DNA of 59,963 bases, the filler included, from Sluysia triapertura (taxonomy: Eukaryota): the NCBI GenBank assembly GCA_046118255.1. It is 4 parts of 4 records of this genome, joined end to end, with 100 filler letters (N's around TTAATTAATTAA, not from the genome) between each part and the next. Parts side by side here need not be neighbours in the genome. Positions count along the whole stretch, not along the records: positions 1 to 19,117 come from JBJNIA010094226.1; positions 19,218 to 32,153 come from JBJNIA010071393.1; 2 more parts are not named here. One strand, 5' to 3'. Shown here piece after piece: positions 10,916-25,586 of the stretch; the first letter of the stretch is position 1, and each line of letters opens with the position of its first letter. The position numbers were made by a program, and so were the translations under genes. The notes beneath the pieces are model-generated. The model ran no database searches. It was given only the letters and a program-made list of their open reading frames with translations, and had not been told where the DNA came from.

Positions 10916-13699
10916 GTAGTATATATCAAATTAATGGTCATTAAGAAATATTTTGTTATTGAAATTGAAGTGCGGCATACCCATAATTGCTAGATAATAC
11001 TAAAATGGAAATTAATCTTCAAATTTGACTAATAAAATTGATCATGCGTTGACATACACAATAATTAAGTCGAATTCCAGACTTCCTAGCAATTATCTAA
11101 ACATTATATAAAGAACCACATTTTGCTATCATTTATTACTTTTGAGTAAGGCTGATCCGATACAGTTATTGAATCTTATAGGTCTTTATCTTTAAATTGA
11201 CATACTTGTTCTTAGATCGCGAATTTTTATTATTTGGGTACTAATATTTATATGTTGCGTCTCCCTAGCATTGAGTATTGCAACTTATATTCTCACTGAA
11301 TTATCTTGATATTGATTCGTAATTAACTATAATTATCAGAAAAATGATTTATATTGCAACTATTATAAAATATTATTATGGTAAAGTTCGTTAAAATACA
11401 ATAGCCCATAAATTATAAAATAGAGCCAAAAAAGTCAATATACCATAACGAAAACTAACAAGTTTTAACATAAGACGTATTTATTAAATGTTTCCTCGCG
11501 AGATTAAAAATTTTAATAACGAGTAAGAATTTCTATTTCAAAATATATACTAAACTCTAAATGAAGTAATTTAAAAAGCCTTATAATAAATGAAAAATAA
11601 AAGTAATTATTTTATTTTACAATACAAAGTTATACAAGTATAATCTATAAATACCAAATTAAAAACAAAGCATTTAATTACCACAATATTTAAGAATGCA
11701 ACGAAAATAAATTCATAGAATTTTTTAATTTTTACAAATCATTTATCAATGTTTTTCAGTATACGATATTATATACTTATTCTTAGAATAATTTCAAAAA
11801 ACACTATCGAAGTCATTTCCATAAACTAAATTGGTGTTTATTTACAACTCGAAATTAAAATATATAAAAAAATAATTATTTGATGCCATTTTGAAGACTG
11901 AAAATACATCTCATTAGAAAACTCTAAGTTTGTAAATTTCACGTCAAATTTACATATTTTTTAATATTTCTGGAAAAACAAATGCGTGACAAAGATAAAA
12001 AATGAACTCGGACTCAGAAATAATAATAGAAATTGTTAATATTTTTTGAAAAATGTTTTTGGTTTTTGAATTATATAAAAAACTCAAATTAAGTGATGTC
12101 CAGATAAGACAATAAATAAACTTAAATACAAGAAAATTATAAGGTCTAATTAATTTAAGCACGACGTATGGTTCAAATGTTTTAGAGGTAAAATGGATAA
12201 TCAAATTCAATATTTCCCAACGAGACTCCTTTTTGAACGTATGTGATCAAAACCAACAGTTTGAAAAGCATGTGCTTTATGAATAGTAATCTAACATTTA
12301 AGGATAGGAAAGGAAATATATTTCAATCCTCGTACAATTTTTCTGATTCACGATACTTTTCATTTTTAACATTGATAAATGCTAACACTTCTAAAATCTA
12401 TTTATCAAATATTTATGTATTTAAATAGATTCCAAATTATAAATAAAATTGTTTAGCAAATATTGTGGTATAGATAAAAACTGATAACACAAAAATTTCA
12501 TTTTGATAAGTTATAGAAAATAAAAATGCAAATTTGACGGACCACAACCAATAAAAAAGATACAAAAATTAATTAAAAATAAGTTTTATTTTATATAACA
12601 CAAACAATAAAGAATTTTGTCATAATTTTAAAACAGAAAATTATTTACCTGACAAAAATAAATATAAAATAAGTGCTGCCATTAACTTTTTTCAAATAAT
12701 ATCCTAGTTTTCTACAACGACACAAAACCATTATTATAAAGAAAATTATATCAGACTGAATTCAAAATAATGGTCTTAACCAATAATGGTAAAATTAAAA
12801 TATTTATAGACAAATTATGGCAAATAAGGTCAGTGTGTCAGATACAATTGTAATCGAGTTTTTACAAGGATAACCTTCAATTTCATAATTTAATATCAAT
12901 ATTAAGAATTTTAAGTCAGCGATAACACTAGTAATTGTTTTGATCATCTTCTATAAAATCATTTTGTAAAAGTGAAACATCAATGGAAAGCAACTGAATA
13001 TTAACAGGAAAAAACAACTATAGTACACAAAAACAAACAAGTTATTCGTTTTATAACTCATCAATTTTGTTAAAATGATAATGACAATACGTATATTCAA
13101 AACAGAAAATCAATTAATGTATTGTTTATTTATCATGAAAAGGATAAATACACACAATTATTTTTACTACAAATAACAAATATTTTATAAATAATAAATA
13201 TAAATTTAATAGCTAGTGTTATTTAATAAAGCAATAAAATCGACACAAAAAAAACGAAATTTTACACTATTATTTTATTCCCATTACTTTAATGTTTACA
13301 TATGGTTTTCTTTTTCAAATACATATCATCTGCTTAAGTCGTATTGTTTCGAACTATTATTTCTGGTTTTCATCGTAAAAAGACAATCATATTTAACATC
13401 ATTGGGAACTTATTTGAAAAACTATCTTACTATCTTACTACTGTAAAGCTGATCGCACATTGACTTCTAAAAAACGCATTCAAAGTTTTGGAGATTACAA
13501 TAATAAATGCAATAAAAAGTACAATAAAAAGGTAGTGCTTTAGTGATGACGAAATGGCAACAGGCGTTACGTATAAGGAAATGTTAATAAAAAAGATTTT
13601 ATTAGGCGTTTATGATTTGCCGGGGATAAAAGTGTGATAACGCAGATATTATAGATGTGTTTTATTTTGATATGATTTTTGTTTGTGGTGAGCTTTATG

Positions 13700-14960
13700 T
13701 GATTGATGGTGATAGTGAATGAGATGTATGTTATATATTGAAGCGTGACACCACATTCATTAAATCGCCATTCTCGCTGCAAAATCTTCTAAGGAGATTA
13801 CTGAAATAATGGCGTTTCACTAAAGAGATAACTCCTTGATCCATAGGTTGAATTAAAGATGTTACACTAGGTGGTAAAAATTTTTCAGCTATAAGACCGT
13901 CGTCTGTTTTCAATATGGTTTCATTTGAATGACAAGGAGCATTATCTAGTAACAGTACTGCCTTCTGTGGCAATCCTTTACTTTTTAAAAACTCGAATTT
14001 CTAGGACCAATTTATTTTTAAACCAATGTTCAAAGATTCTTCTGTCCATCCATGATCCTACGTGACTGTAATAGTCAAGAGGATGTTTCCTTTAAGTGAT
14101 CTTGGCTTTTTTGCTTTTCCAATCACGAGAAGTTTCATTTTATGAGTTCCGGATGCGTTTCTACAACACATGATTGTGATACATACTTTAGATGATTTAT
14201 GGTCTGAAGTCGATGATTCATTAGACAAAGCAAGTGTCTTTGTATGCAAACATTTCCAATCTAAGCCTGTCTCGTGGGCATAATATATGTTCGGTCTGGA
14301 TTCAAATCATTTGCTTAAATATATTCCTCAAATTCAATCAGGAATTTAGTAGCGGCGCCATAATCTCCGCTAAGGTGATGTCCTTGAAGTTTCTTAAATC
14401 TGATTAAAGTCGTCTTTTAATCCCAATGAATCATAAAAGAATTTGACTTTATGTGCAATTACAGAGCCTATAATTGACATTCTTTCTGCTCGTTTTTGAT
14501 TAATCCATTTAACCATAGATGTATCTAAATCTTCATATGATGATATTTTCATACTTTTCCGAGTTGAAAGACCTGAATTACTATCACAATCTATTGTAAA
14601 ATCTTCCAAATTTCTTTTTTGTTTAATTAAATCTCGAAATGTTTGAGAACCAACTCTGTCTTCTTCCAAAGGTTTCGATGTGGATTTACCCTTTTCACTC
14701 ATTTCAATTAAGTGAAGCTTTTGCGATTATTTGACATTGCGATAGGGTATTTTCATAAAATAATTTAAAATTTAAAAAAATTTATTTTTAATTAAAATAA
14801 ACCTAAAGAAAAATAAACAATATATAACAAATGAATAACAAATCAATAAAATTAAAATTATACTTCTTAAAATAAATAGATGCGTATTTATTTAAACAAT
14901 TATGCATTTTCTAAATATTATCCACAAATAATCCGCACACGGATAATCGGGAGTTGACTG
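13700..14960 (-). mobile_element. Tigger/pogo (Jerky/CENP-B-like) DNA transposon, frameshifted transposase
   Basis: HTH-CENPB (YEDLDTSMVKWINQKR), CCRNASGTHKMKLLVIGKAKKPR, LLLDNAPCH, FLPPSVTSLIQPMDQGVI. TIR CAGTCAACTCCCGATTATCCG ends at 14960 followed by TA. Confidence 0.93.
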
Positions 14961-15129
14961 TATTTTATCTTGATTTAAGTATTTTATATACTTACCTTAC
15001 CATTACAATTCATCACAATTTTTTAATGATGTTTAATTCACCTTGTTATCATAAGCCACAATTCTTATGTTTACATTTATCCTTCACCAATCCAAACATT
15101 ATTATAAAAGAATAGGTGTTAGTTCTTAG

Positions 15130-17970
15130 AAGTTGTTAGAAGTAATTTAAGTAAAAATAAGTCGAGTAGAGTAGAAAATAATAGATGATAATGCATATAA
15201 TAAAGTTTGACAGACTGTACTATGTAACTGTCAAAGTTATTATTGTCGGTTTAATTCTCAAAGAATGTTTGATTGTAAAATTCAGGAATGACTAGATGAT
15301 GATAAAGTATAAAAGGGAATACTTGAAAATTTTACAACACAACTAGAGTCAACAAAAAATTTTCAATAATAATGACAATGATGACATGATCTAGTACCAG
15401 TTTCATGCTGTGGTAATATTTTATTTATTTGTTTATTTTTTATAAATGATAATTTATATATTTAAATTATTTAGAAATTATTTTTTAGGAATTCCCCTTT
15501 TTGTTTAATAAAAATTATTTTTTCGAAGTTCCCTTTTATTTATAGATTTTAAGAACCGTCCGAGAAAATAAAAATTGCATTATTTTTTGTTGTGCCACCA
15601 TTGGTTACTGAAATATTTTGTTAATTATTATCTGATGTACTGATAGCTAATAATTTTTCATTAGGTATTTACTAAATTTTTTGCTAGTTTTGATAATAAA
15701 TTACTGTTTTATTTTTCATTAGATTGAATGCATTTGGAGTTGCACCTTTTGATTTAATAAATGTTAGTGTTAGAATAAAAGCTGAATCTGTATTTGATTT
15801 TGTGATTATTAAATTATTGTTATTAATTTAAATTAAAAGGCGTAACATTTTGATTTTAATAAGTATCATTGTTAAAATAAGAAATAATGTGATAATTTGC
15901 ATTTGATTTTTTAATTGTTAACTTTATTGAGATTCTCCTAACTAAAATGATTTGTTATTGACACTAATTCTACTAAAAGTCAACAAATGTACCACGATAA
16001 TATTAATAATAATTCAAAGCTTATGTAGCCTTAGAAAATTATTTTAGATAAATCGGCCTAAGCGGCTGATATTAATATAAAAGCACAATGTAAAAATAAT
16101 CAATGATAGTTAAAGAAAAACAGTTAACACAATATAAAATTGAAATAAACTTTCTTCGCTTAAATTGATTAATTTAATAAGATTGCAATTAACACAAATT
16201 AGTACAGTAGGAAACGACAACAAAATGATAAAAATAATGTTTGGAAAATACAACTAGTTAAAATTCTGATTGTGGTGATTCAATACCTTTATATAAACTC
16301 ATTAACGATAAACAAGTTGGCATAAAATTTTCTATCTTCTAAACCACTTTTATCACTAAAAGTCTTACTACTACTACTGTTGGAATCGTCCATCTGTGGA
16401 TTAAGAGATGAGTAAGAGACAAAATGAAGGAAGAGTTGATACCAAGTGATGGATTGAAATTATGAACATTGCTGGAAAAAGAATCATGAAAGTAAAAACA
16501 TCTATAATAATGTTAACAAGTAAAGAATACTTTGGCATTCCACAGACCTATATAAGGTGTCGAGACCTTACGGAAGCTTGAAAAGGTCTTGAAAAAACTT
16601 TGAAAGCATTAAGGTACCTTTGAACTTGTGAATCTTTAGAATATTTAAAACGTTAGGTATTCTTGAAACCTTGATAAGCATCTACGATCTGCGAGTATTT
16701 TTATAGTGTTTAAAATCTTTAAAATAGTTAAGAAATAAAATCAATGTTATTGGTATTAAGAATAAATTGAGTATAGTAATAATTAACATGAAGTAGAAAA
16801 AGGAATCAGAGAGGTGAAGTGAAAACATCAATAACTTTAAAAAATTAATGAAACTTTTAAACATAAAATAGGATTGCTATGTTAAATTTGAAACTGTGTA
16901 TGTATTTGTTTTGAAAAGACCTTTCGATGAAGTTATGGTTTGACCAAGTTCATACAATAAAAGCCTTAATATTGAGCAAAGTTAAATTTTAATCAAATAT
17001 TAATTTTGTAATGTTGAATTTTTATACTTATGCAAATACAATGAATTGAATATGAGATGATTGCTAAGGAAGAGGAGAATCAAGAAGTAAGTTTGAAATG
17101 TTTGTAGAGCGGTTTATTTGAGAATATGAAGCTTAACCGTTTTCCACAAGAAAAACCAAAATTGAATTAAATTCTGAAAACTAAAATTAAATTCATTATT
17201 TTTATGTATGTTAACAATAATAATGATTGTTATATTAATGAGAATTAATCTAAGTAAAAGTAGTTTGAGTAAAGGAAAATAATAGATAATCGTAAATCAA
17301 CTATTTGTGTTTTGTATCTAATAAAGTTTGACGGTCTGTACCATGTCGGATTAATTCTCAAAGAATGTTGTAGTGATTTATGTGAGAGAATGTTTAATCA
17401 AAAATTTGGGAATGATTGGGTGATGAGAAAATATAAAAAGGAATACCAAAAAAATTATACCTAACAACAACACAACATTAACAACAAAATTAATAATGCA
17501 AATTAGAAGATCCATGCTTTAAGTAATTTTTAAATTTATTTTATAATTATAATTTTATTAAAATAGTTTTTGCTTTGTGCTATATTTTGGAAATTTATAC
17601 TTGATTATTAAGAAATAATCACGAATAATAATTAATATTTTTCTTAGTGTTTGTTGCGTCACTCCTGGTTTCTTTAGATAGATAGTTACATCCTTGATAT
17701 TATTATAAATGTTATTGTTAATCTCGTCATTTTACTCATTTTTAGTATTGTTTAGTGAAGATTTATAATAATAATTTGTATTTAATTTTTGTTTAACCAG
17801 TAAATTAATGTTGTTATTGATTTGATTTTCAAAAGCTTAATTTTGGGATGAATAATTATTATTATCAAAGTAAGAAAATTACTGAAAACTTATACTTGAT
17901 ACACATAGTGAATACTTAAATCATTGAGATTTTTCTTAAGCTAATTACATTGTTATTGATTTAACGTAAT
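15130..17970 (+). mobile_element. Decayed LTR element: two diverged ~0.8 kb direct repeats (15130-15970, ~17090-17970) around an integrase remnant and polypurine tract
   Basis: Shared blocks ATAAAGTTTGAC..CTGTAC, TTAATTCTCAAAGAATGTT, TATAAAA(A/G)GG and CATGCT. Internal KEYFGIP (~16522). Purine tract AAGGAAGAGGAGAA at ~17066. Confidence 0.5.
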
Positions 17971-18639
17971 CAGTAATTTTCAAATACCCAACAAATTATA
18001 TAATGAAAAATGTCTACTAGTGACATGAAAACGTATTTAGTTTTTGGCATTAGCTAAGATTCAATCAAGAATGTTCCAAAATTTCACAGTTATAAAATTT
18101 TCAGTAATTGTATGATTAAAATGAACACAATCTTAAAAATTATTAATATTACTATTATTAGTTTACGAACACCTTTATCTGCATTTGGCATTTTGTTTAT
18201 TTTAGCATCCTCGAAGAAAGTAATTGCTCAAGTACGTCAGATGTTGTTTTCGAGTTTAATAAATGTGCCTACTTTAATTAATATACTTTTGTATTCAGCT
18301 GTTTGGTTCAAAATAATTGTCAAGGCACATTCTGGGGCGTTTTAATCTTTGAATTATTACATAATTTGTTTTCTAGTAATATTCTTAATCTGTTTTAAAA
18401 CAACAATATTTGTAATTTAATTTGTTTTAAAGAAACTTTTTAATTTTTTTAATGTAATAATATTAAATTTTAAAATATTTTTTACGAATATAAATAATTC
18501 TACAAGAAGGAAAAATTTTAATAGGTAATACAGCATTTTAAATATGGTAATACAACATTATATTCTGATTCTAATACAAAATCAGAATGTAATAAATTCT
18601 TAACTCACAAGATAATTACAATTCTTAATTTAAATCACA

Positions 18640-18930
18640 TATACCTTATCATTTAATAATCCTTCATACACTCTATACTTCACAACCTTTAGAATCAATC
18701 AATCCACTGCGTTATTCAATAAACCATTTTAATTTAACAATTATGAAACATTAGACAAATTCATCAACTACAAAATCAAATTCATATGAATACCATATTA
18801 AAGCAAGATTACAACATACTCTAGTAATTCACGTCAGATTCACCGAATAACAACAGTTCACAGAAGAAAATTCATACTTTATAATATCCAATTCATTTAA
18901 CGAAGTCATCCTACTGCTGTGGTTTTTCTT
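18640..18930 (+). mobile_element. Penelope-like RT C-terminal remnant
   Basis: Degenerate LH...FT..ES.N and VHR.K.HT...I.F...SHP motifs. Confidence 0.3.
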
Positions 18931-19040
18931 GAGATCTCTTAATTTACGGCAAAATAAGATTTAGCATGGTCTGTTACAGTAAACGACTTATGACGTAGAG
19001 GTGGACCTTTATAAAGGTTGACCATTATAGTTAACCTTTG

Positions 19041-19042
<2 letters not shown>

Positions 19043-19107
<65 letters not shown>

Positions 19108-19117
19108 GTTGTTGTTG
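19043..19117 (+). repeat. (TTA)n/(TTG)n microsatellite at contig end
   Basis: Direct observation. Confidence 0.95.
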
Positions 19118-19217
19118 NNNNNNNNNNNNNNNNNNNNNNNNNNNNNNNNNNNNNNNNNNNNTTAATTAATTAANNNNNNNNNNNNNNNNNNNNNNNNNNN
19201 NNNNNNNNNNNNNNNNN
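19118..19217. other. Artificial contig spacer
   Basis: N44-TTAATTAATTAA-N44 (stops in six frames). Confidence 0.97.
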
Positions 19218-19655
19218 AATTTTGAAACGAAATCTAAATTCTGGAATGCAAAAGTATAAAGTACACCAGAAGCTATCACGTCATTGGGCAAAAAATTCAT
19301 TTTTTCTTAATAGAGAAAGTTCAGTCTCGATGGATCGAACGAATTTCATTACTATTGACATCATCTCCGAAAATATAAAGATGGATGATTAATCGTTGAT
19401 TTAGTTAAAATTTCATGTGACAATTACCAAGAAATTATAGGAGAATCATTTCCACATTTAAAAATGGAAATGATCTGATCAAATGCTTTTTAATGCTACC
19501 ATTTTGGACCGGTTAAGCAGAAGTCATAATACATCACCTCCGTAATAAACTTTCGGGTGTTATTCTTCAGACACCTGAGTTAGAAATATCTTTTCAGATA
19601 AATATGAAGCTGATCAACAGTGAATCGAATGTATGAGTTATTAACAAAGTACCGT
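19218..19655 (+). mobile_element. Tc1/Tc3-like transposase remnant
   Basis: FS**RKFSLDGSNEFHYY*HHLRK matches the Tc3-type FSDEKKFNLDGPDG..YYWHDLRK motif. Confidence 0.7.
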
Positions 19656-20202
19656 ATTAGTTTTATTAATTTAGTTTATTGTAATTAATAGTTTTTGTGA
19701 ATATTTACTTTTGTTACTAGTATTTGTTGAAATATTTTTATCTTTTCAATTCCGTAAAAGGGGAATTAACATTGATTATTTATAATTGAGTGATTGTATT
19801 ACAGAAATTATATTCATTAATTTCTGTTTTATTCGTAGAAAGAATGAATTTGTAGGAGCTCTTTCTCTTAATGATTTGTTGGTTATTATTGATCGGTATC
19901 TCTTATTTATTTCCATTTTAATAACATTATATGTATTTTCCTTACGCTGCTTTTTAATTCATGATCGTTTTGACTTGATGATTAAGTGCATCGAGTTCAG
20001 TTCAAATTTCTCTTTCTTTCAACTTTTATCTTGAGTTTATTTCTAAATTTTAAAGTTAATACTTCTAACAATAACAAAACATTTTTAGGTTCTATCGATA
20101 CATTTTTACGAAAAAAACTAAAATCTTACAAAAATGCTGAACTTAATTTTAAAACTGGAAATTAAACTTATTTTTCTTGCAGTTAATTTTAACTTTATTC
20201 AG

Positions 20203-20627
20203 TTTGGACATCGTTTATTGAATGGAAATCAATCTTCATACCATAATCGTCTTGATGAATCTACTATTCCTAATCAACATTCACGTTGTTCTAATGTATT
20301 ATCAAATCAATCTTCGGTGCAAGTTTCTTCCACTGGTACCAATGTCAATTCTAATGTATCTTTAGATTTGGACATCCACCCACCACCACCACCCCAATCT
20401 GCTTCCTCAGGACAGTTAGTTTCATCATCTGGTATTGAAAAACGTAAAGTTCGAAACAGAGTTACATTTGTATCAGAAGACTTAAAACAATTAGAAGAAT
20501 GGTTTAAATTTAATCCACGACCGTCTCGAGATAAATTCCAAGAATATGCAGCAGAACTTAATCGTAGACATCATAATTGTCATAATAAGATCAAACGCAT
20601 TCTCCATGCTCGAAATATTGTATATTG
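20203..20627 (+). CDS. Exon of an atypical homeobox gene, dve/Compass (CUT-class)-like
   Basis: ttcag acceptor. RNRVTFVSEDLKQLEEWFKFNPRPSRDKFQEYAAELN...NIVYW with an insertion between helices 2 and 3. Probable donor TG|GTTCGT. Confidence 0.75.
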
Positions 20628-22909
20628 GTTCGTTTTTTGTTAAGCATTATATTGTAAATTTATTTTAGTACACATTTTAGTGCATATTAAAAAATTCAAA
20701 CTTTTATCTCAAATGTACTTTCTTGAATATATAAGATAAATAAATAAATTTATTCAGTTTAATTTAATAAAGTACAATATGATCATAGATCTCTATATTA
20801 TTGAATTAATTGAATATAAAATTTCAATTAAAGATAATTTTAATTTAAATATATTAAATTATAAACGAAGTAATTGAATTATGTTTTGTGTTAAGTTGGA
20901 ATTTGAATTTGATATTTAGTTGAATTATGAGTTGTATCGATTTATAATTTGCTTTTGAATTTTAAAATAAGCCTTGGATTGTAAATAAAATTTAAATTAC
21001 ATTTTCATACTAACTGACGTTCGATCTTGAGGGTCAGCATCATCTGGCTTAACCATCGAATGTTTGAAAATTAATATTGGTTTTTAAAAATACTTTCTTG
21101 ATAAAACTTATAATTTTTAAAAATATTCTGGTCTTTCTTTTTAATGTATATATCAATGGTAGCACTTTTTATTTCTATTGTGTCAAATTGATTGATATTT
21201 TGAAAACTGTAACCAGTTTCATTTATTAATAATATCAAGTTCAACAATTATTAATTTTCAATATTTTCCTGTTTCTCTTTCTTTATTTAACTTTTTATTA
21301 CTGTTTCTCATATCAAATCAATGTACAAATTATTAATAGTTAACCACTATAAATAAGTTAAAAAGCAAACAGTCTGTTACAGATAAAAACATTTAGAATC
21401 CCATATACAATTTCGAAACTTTTGGTTATTAATACTAATGAATGCTTATTCTGTGATACAAAATGCCTCTTGATATAAATATAAAATCATTATTAGAAAG
21501 AATCTTGGTTTATTCTTAAAATAATAATAATAATAATAAGAAATAATAGTAATAATAGTATTAATAATAATAATAATAAACATAAAATAAATTTCATCTT
21601 TCATTGTCATCATTCATATCATTATAATTACCGTTATCATCCTGAATGTTCAATTAAATTTATGTAATAGCTTCCAATTCATATTTCACAGGAGCAACCT
21701 AAAAGTAAATTGAAATTTTATAATATTGTGTATTGTCGAACATATATCGAACAGTGTAATAAATGTAAATTGAACATACAATTATTCGAACATATGAATT
21801 AACAATTATTGATTAATTTAAAGTTTGTTATTCGAACATTTTAACAATCATTAAAATATTATTAATTTGTTCTAGTTGGATTGTCAAATATTTTATTTTT
21901 AAATATTTTATTTATTGGAAATTTTATCATTACATTTTTGTGAGTAATTCTTTAATTTTAATTATTTATTTAATTTTAATTTTAATTATTTAATCAATTA
22001 ACTTTAATTAGACTAACAATTAATTTTTGAAATTATTAGCTTTTGAAAAATTATTTGTTTTAATCTTTTAATATTTGTTTCAATCCGATTAAGGTCGGAT
22101 TGAAACTATTTGCAATCAAAACACAATTTTTTATAAACATTTCATAAAAACTTTCCGTAACATTCAAATATTATTCAAGAATCTCCATCTTGTTTCAATT
22201 TCGTCACGATACTCTTTACCTTTAACATTTATTTCGAAAGCTACGTTAGTTTAATTATTTTTAAGGACGATTCCTTAGTGTATCATAGGTATGACTCAAA
22301 ATCATTTTTTAACTAATTTCCTGATCTTATCACAGATCAAACGAAAAATATATATTGTTAAAATCTTCATCATTAAAAATTAACTAGCGTAGTTAATTTA
22401 GTAAAGTTTATATTACTATTATAAAGTTGTATATTTTTTCTTTTGAAATTTTTTGAGAATAAATTACACTAATCCTTAATTCCGTTGTATTATATAATTT
22501 ATATAACTTCAACTATAAAATTGATTGTTTTATGATTTCAATAGCTAGAATTTATCTCTAGCAACGTAAAATATAATCTAAAGATTCCATATAAAGGAAT
22601 CTACGAAAAATCATCTCATAACTTTATTATTATCAATTTTTAGATAAAATTTCATTAATATCGTTACTTACCTCCAGTTAGTTAAAGATTTAATTAAACC
22701 TTGCAGTTTTCAGTAGTTTTTAAGGATTTTCTGTTGATTCACCAAAAATCCAATGGTTGGCCCTAACTGGTAAGTCCAATACGTTGGTGAACTGACGTTA
22801 AACTTTTGATTTATTCTATTGCTTTACTTTTAATTTTTTCATAATATTATGGACAAATAAAAAAGTAGTTATTAATGCATTGATTTTAAAACTAAATTTT
22901 ATTTCATAC

Positions 22910-23085
22910 TATTAGATTTCATTAAATTGACTGACGGGATTCGAACTTGGGATCTTTCACCTCACAGCTGTGAAGTTCGATTCTCTGACCACTAGGCATA
23001 GGTCCGACTAACAATTTTATTTTATTATAGCAATTATACTATTATTATTCTAAATGGAACTTTTTAGGCCCATACCTCAACAATA
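22910..23085 (-). mobile_element. tRNA-derived SINE-like repeat, copy 2
   Basis: A box GCCTAGTGG, B box AGTTCGAATCC; homologous to 10743-10915. Confidence 0.65.
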
Positions 23086-23169
23086 TAACTGCTAATATTA
23101 CAAAACTTAACTAAAATTTATTTAATCATGTGGGTGCCTTGTATAATTAATTCCTATCTTAATTTTTTT

Positions 23170-24080
23170 ATTCAAAACTCAAACGGTGTTCCATGGAAAA
23201 TTGTCGGTGTTGATCGTAATGGAAATCGTACAGCATATGAAAGTGTGAAAAGTTTAGAGTCAAAGTTTTATCATTGAAATATAATGTGCAACGTAAAGCC
23301 ATTACAAATAGGATTCATTCTGACGCTAAAAAGTACTTAGGATAAATTAAACTTGAAAAATCAATATATCAATATTTCTATCATTTACAAGCCGATCTAA
23401 TTAAATCAGAATTGAAGTGTTTAATACAAAACGCTATACTAGAATGCGCATCAATCAACAAAACTAACAGGATCATGGGAAGTCCACAACATGACATTAA
23501 AGGTTTATTTAACAATTTTTCATACTTAAATAATGAAAGAAAGAGGAAAATTTAGAAATGAATTTGAAATGTATGTAGAATAATGAGAATAAGAACCTTA
23601 AACATTTTCCATTGGAAAATTGAGTGCGACAATAAAAAAATTCATTGAATTATAAAAACTAAAGTTATATTCATTATTTTTATTTTAATGTGAGAAATAA
23701 TTCATGTAAACACAGACGAAAACAATAGATAATCATTAATCAACACTATATTTGCTGTATCTCATAAAATCTGGCAAGCCTTATCATGTAATTGTCAAAA
23801 CTGTTATTGTGGGACTAATCCCAAGATAATGTTTGATTGTAAAACTGAAGAGTGATCAGATAATGTGAAATTATTAAAGAGAATATTTGTGCAATTTTAA
23901 AACACAATAATGCTTCCGCAATGCAGGACAACAGAAGATTCGTGATTTTTGGTAACTTTTTTTAGCTTATTTATTTCAATAATTTTAAATATTTTTAAAG
24001 ATATTCTCCTTTAATTTGTATTTTTAGAAAAAAAGCAAAATCCCCTTTTATTTTTCTTTTAAATTTCTTTTTTGGAAAAT
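23170..24080 (+). mobile_element. Gypsy-like integrase remnant, purine tract and third copy of the LTR-like repeat
   Basis: PWKIVGVD and RIHSDA motifs; GAAAGAAAGAGGAAAA at ~23535; 23570-24080 aligns with 17090-17530 and 15170-15540. Confidence 0.55.
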
Positions 24081-25586
24081 AGTTTTTTTTAATTTATTTT
24101 GGAAGCTTTAGGCAAAATTCCCAAAAGAAGAATTGTTGCTCCTAAATTAATTTTAAATTAATTCGATGTTTTGATTGAAATTCAAATTACAATTTAATTT
24201 CAAAATTTTAATCATAAATATGGGGTTTTGGTATATATTGAGATGAACCTTAACATTTTTGTTTCTACTGACAATTTAAAGCAAATTATTACTTTACATT
24301 ATTGATCATTTGAAAATATTGATTTTTTGTTTATATTTTAGTTTCATTTTTTTAAATTATACTTTATTATAGCTCTGATGGTATTTTATTCAATTTGTAA
24401 TTTTTTTATTATTATAAATTCAAAATGATTTTTAATATTTTCAATCTTTAAAAGAACGAGATTGATGGACATTTGGTATAATAAATGTCTCTAATTATAA
24501 AAAAATTACCTACAGTTTGTCACCGGTCATAAATGACAAGATTAGAAGTCGATTATTCTACTTGTAAATTTAAATATGGATTAAATAATAATAGCATTAA
24601 ATTGAATTTTTATGTATGAATTTTAGTTTTAAGATTTGTACAAATTTGTTTTGGAGTTTAGTTTAATGTTAAATTAAAATATAATTCAGATTGTTAGATT
24701 TTGCGTTAGTAATACCTGTGTAGGTCTAATTTTATTTAATTAAAGCTTATGTTAATATTTCAGTTTTTATTTTTTTAATTTTATATTCTAAGCTGTTAAT
24801 TAATTGTAAAATTATTTCTAAATTATGATTTTTTTGAATATAATTGTTCTACTGTTTAACCATACATAATATGTAAGACTCATGTTTCTAAAAAGAAATT
24901 CATATGTATTTAAAAAGTATCTAACGTTTGTTGTGAGTTTTAAGATTAAAACTTAAGCTTGTTTTACAAATAACTAATAAAATTTGTATCACCGAGTAAT
25001 ACCAACTTTTTTCTTTTGATTATAAATATTTAACAAATGAGTGCTTTTATTGATAATCACTTAAAGTTAACGTAGTAACTTTATTTTCTGGTCATCATTT
25101 TTCTTTATTGTGTACATGTTTGTAGAAATTTTTAATGTAATTTTTATTTTGAATCTTTTGAAAATTTTGAAAAAAGTGATGTTCAATTATTAATGATAAA
25201 ATATACAATTTTAAAAAATGAATGAATTATTTTGTTACAAATATAACATCAATGAACTGTTGAAATTAGTAGTCCTTGAAACATTCTTGAATCTTAATGT
25301 TAAATCACTCTATTTATATTTTACAAATGTTTAATAGGAATCTTGTTTTAAATCTTGAACTAATTTTGTCATACTATAAAGTGTTCTGTTCCACTAAAAA
25401 TATAGCAGACATTTTGCACAGTAAATTATTAAAAATTAATCAAAAATAGCAAAATTATACAATATATTATTAAAAATTATGTAAAAACAAAAAAGTTATT
25501 AATAATATTTTTACAAATACCAAAAATGATAAATATATTATCGCAGAAATAAGAGAAAACAAATTTAAATGTTTTAGAATCTTTAT

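Noticed and set aside
19162-19173. Recurrent TTAATTAATTAA motif inside N runs (also ~32198 and ~44632)
   Set aside because: Artificial six-frame-stop assembly linker, not biology.
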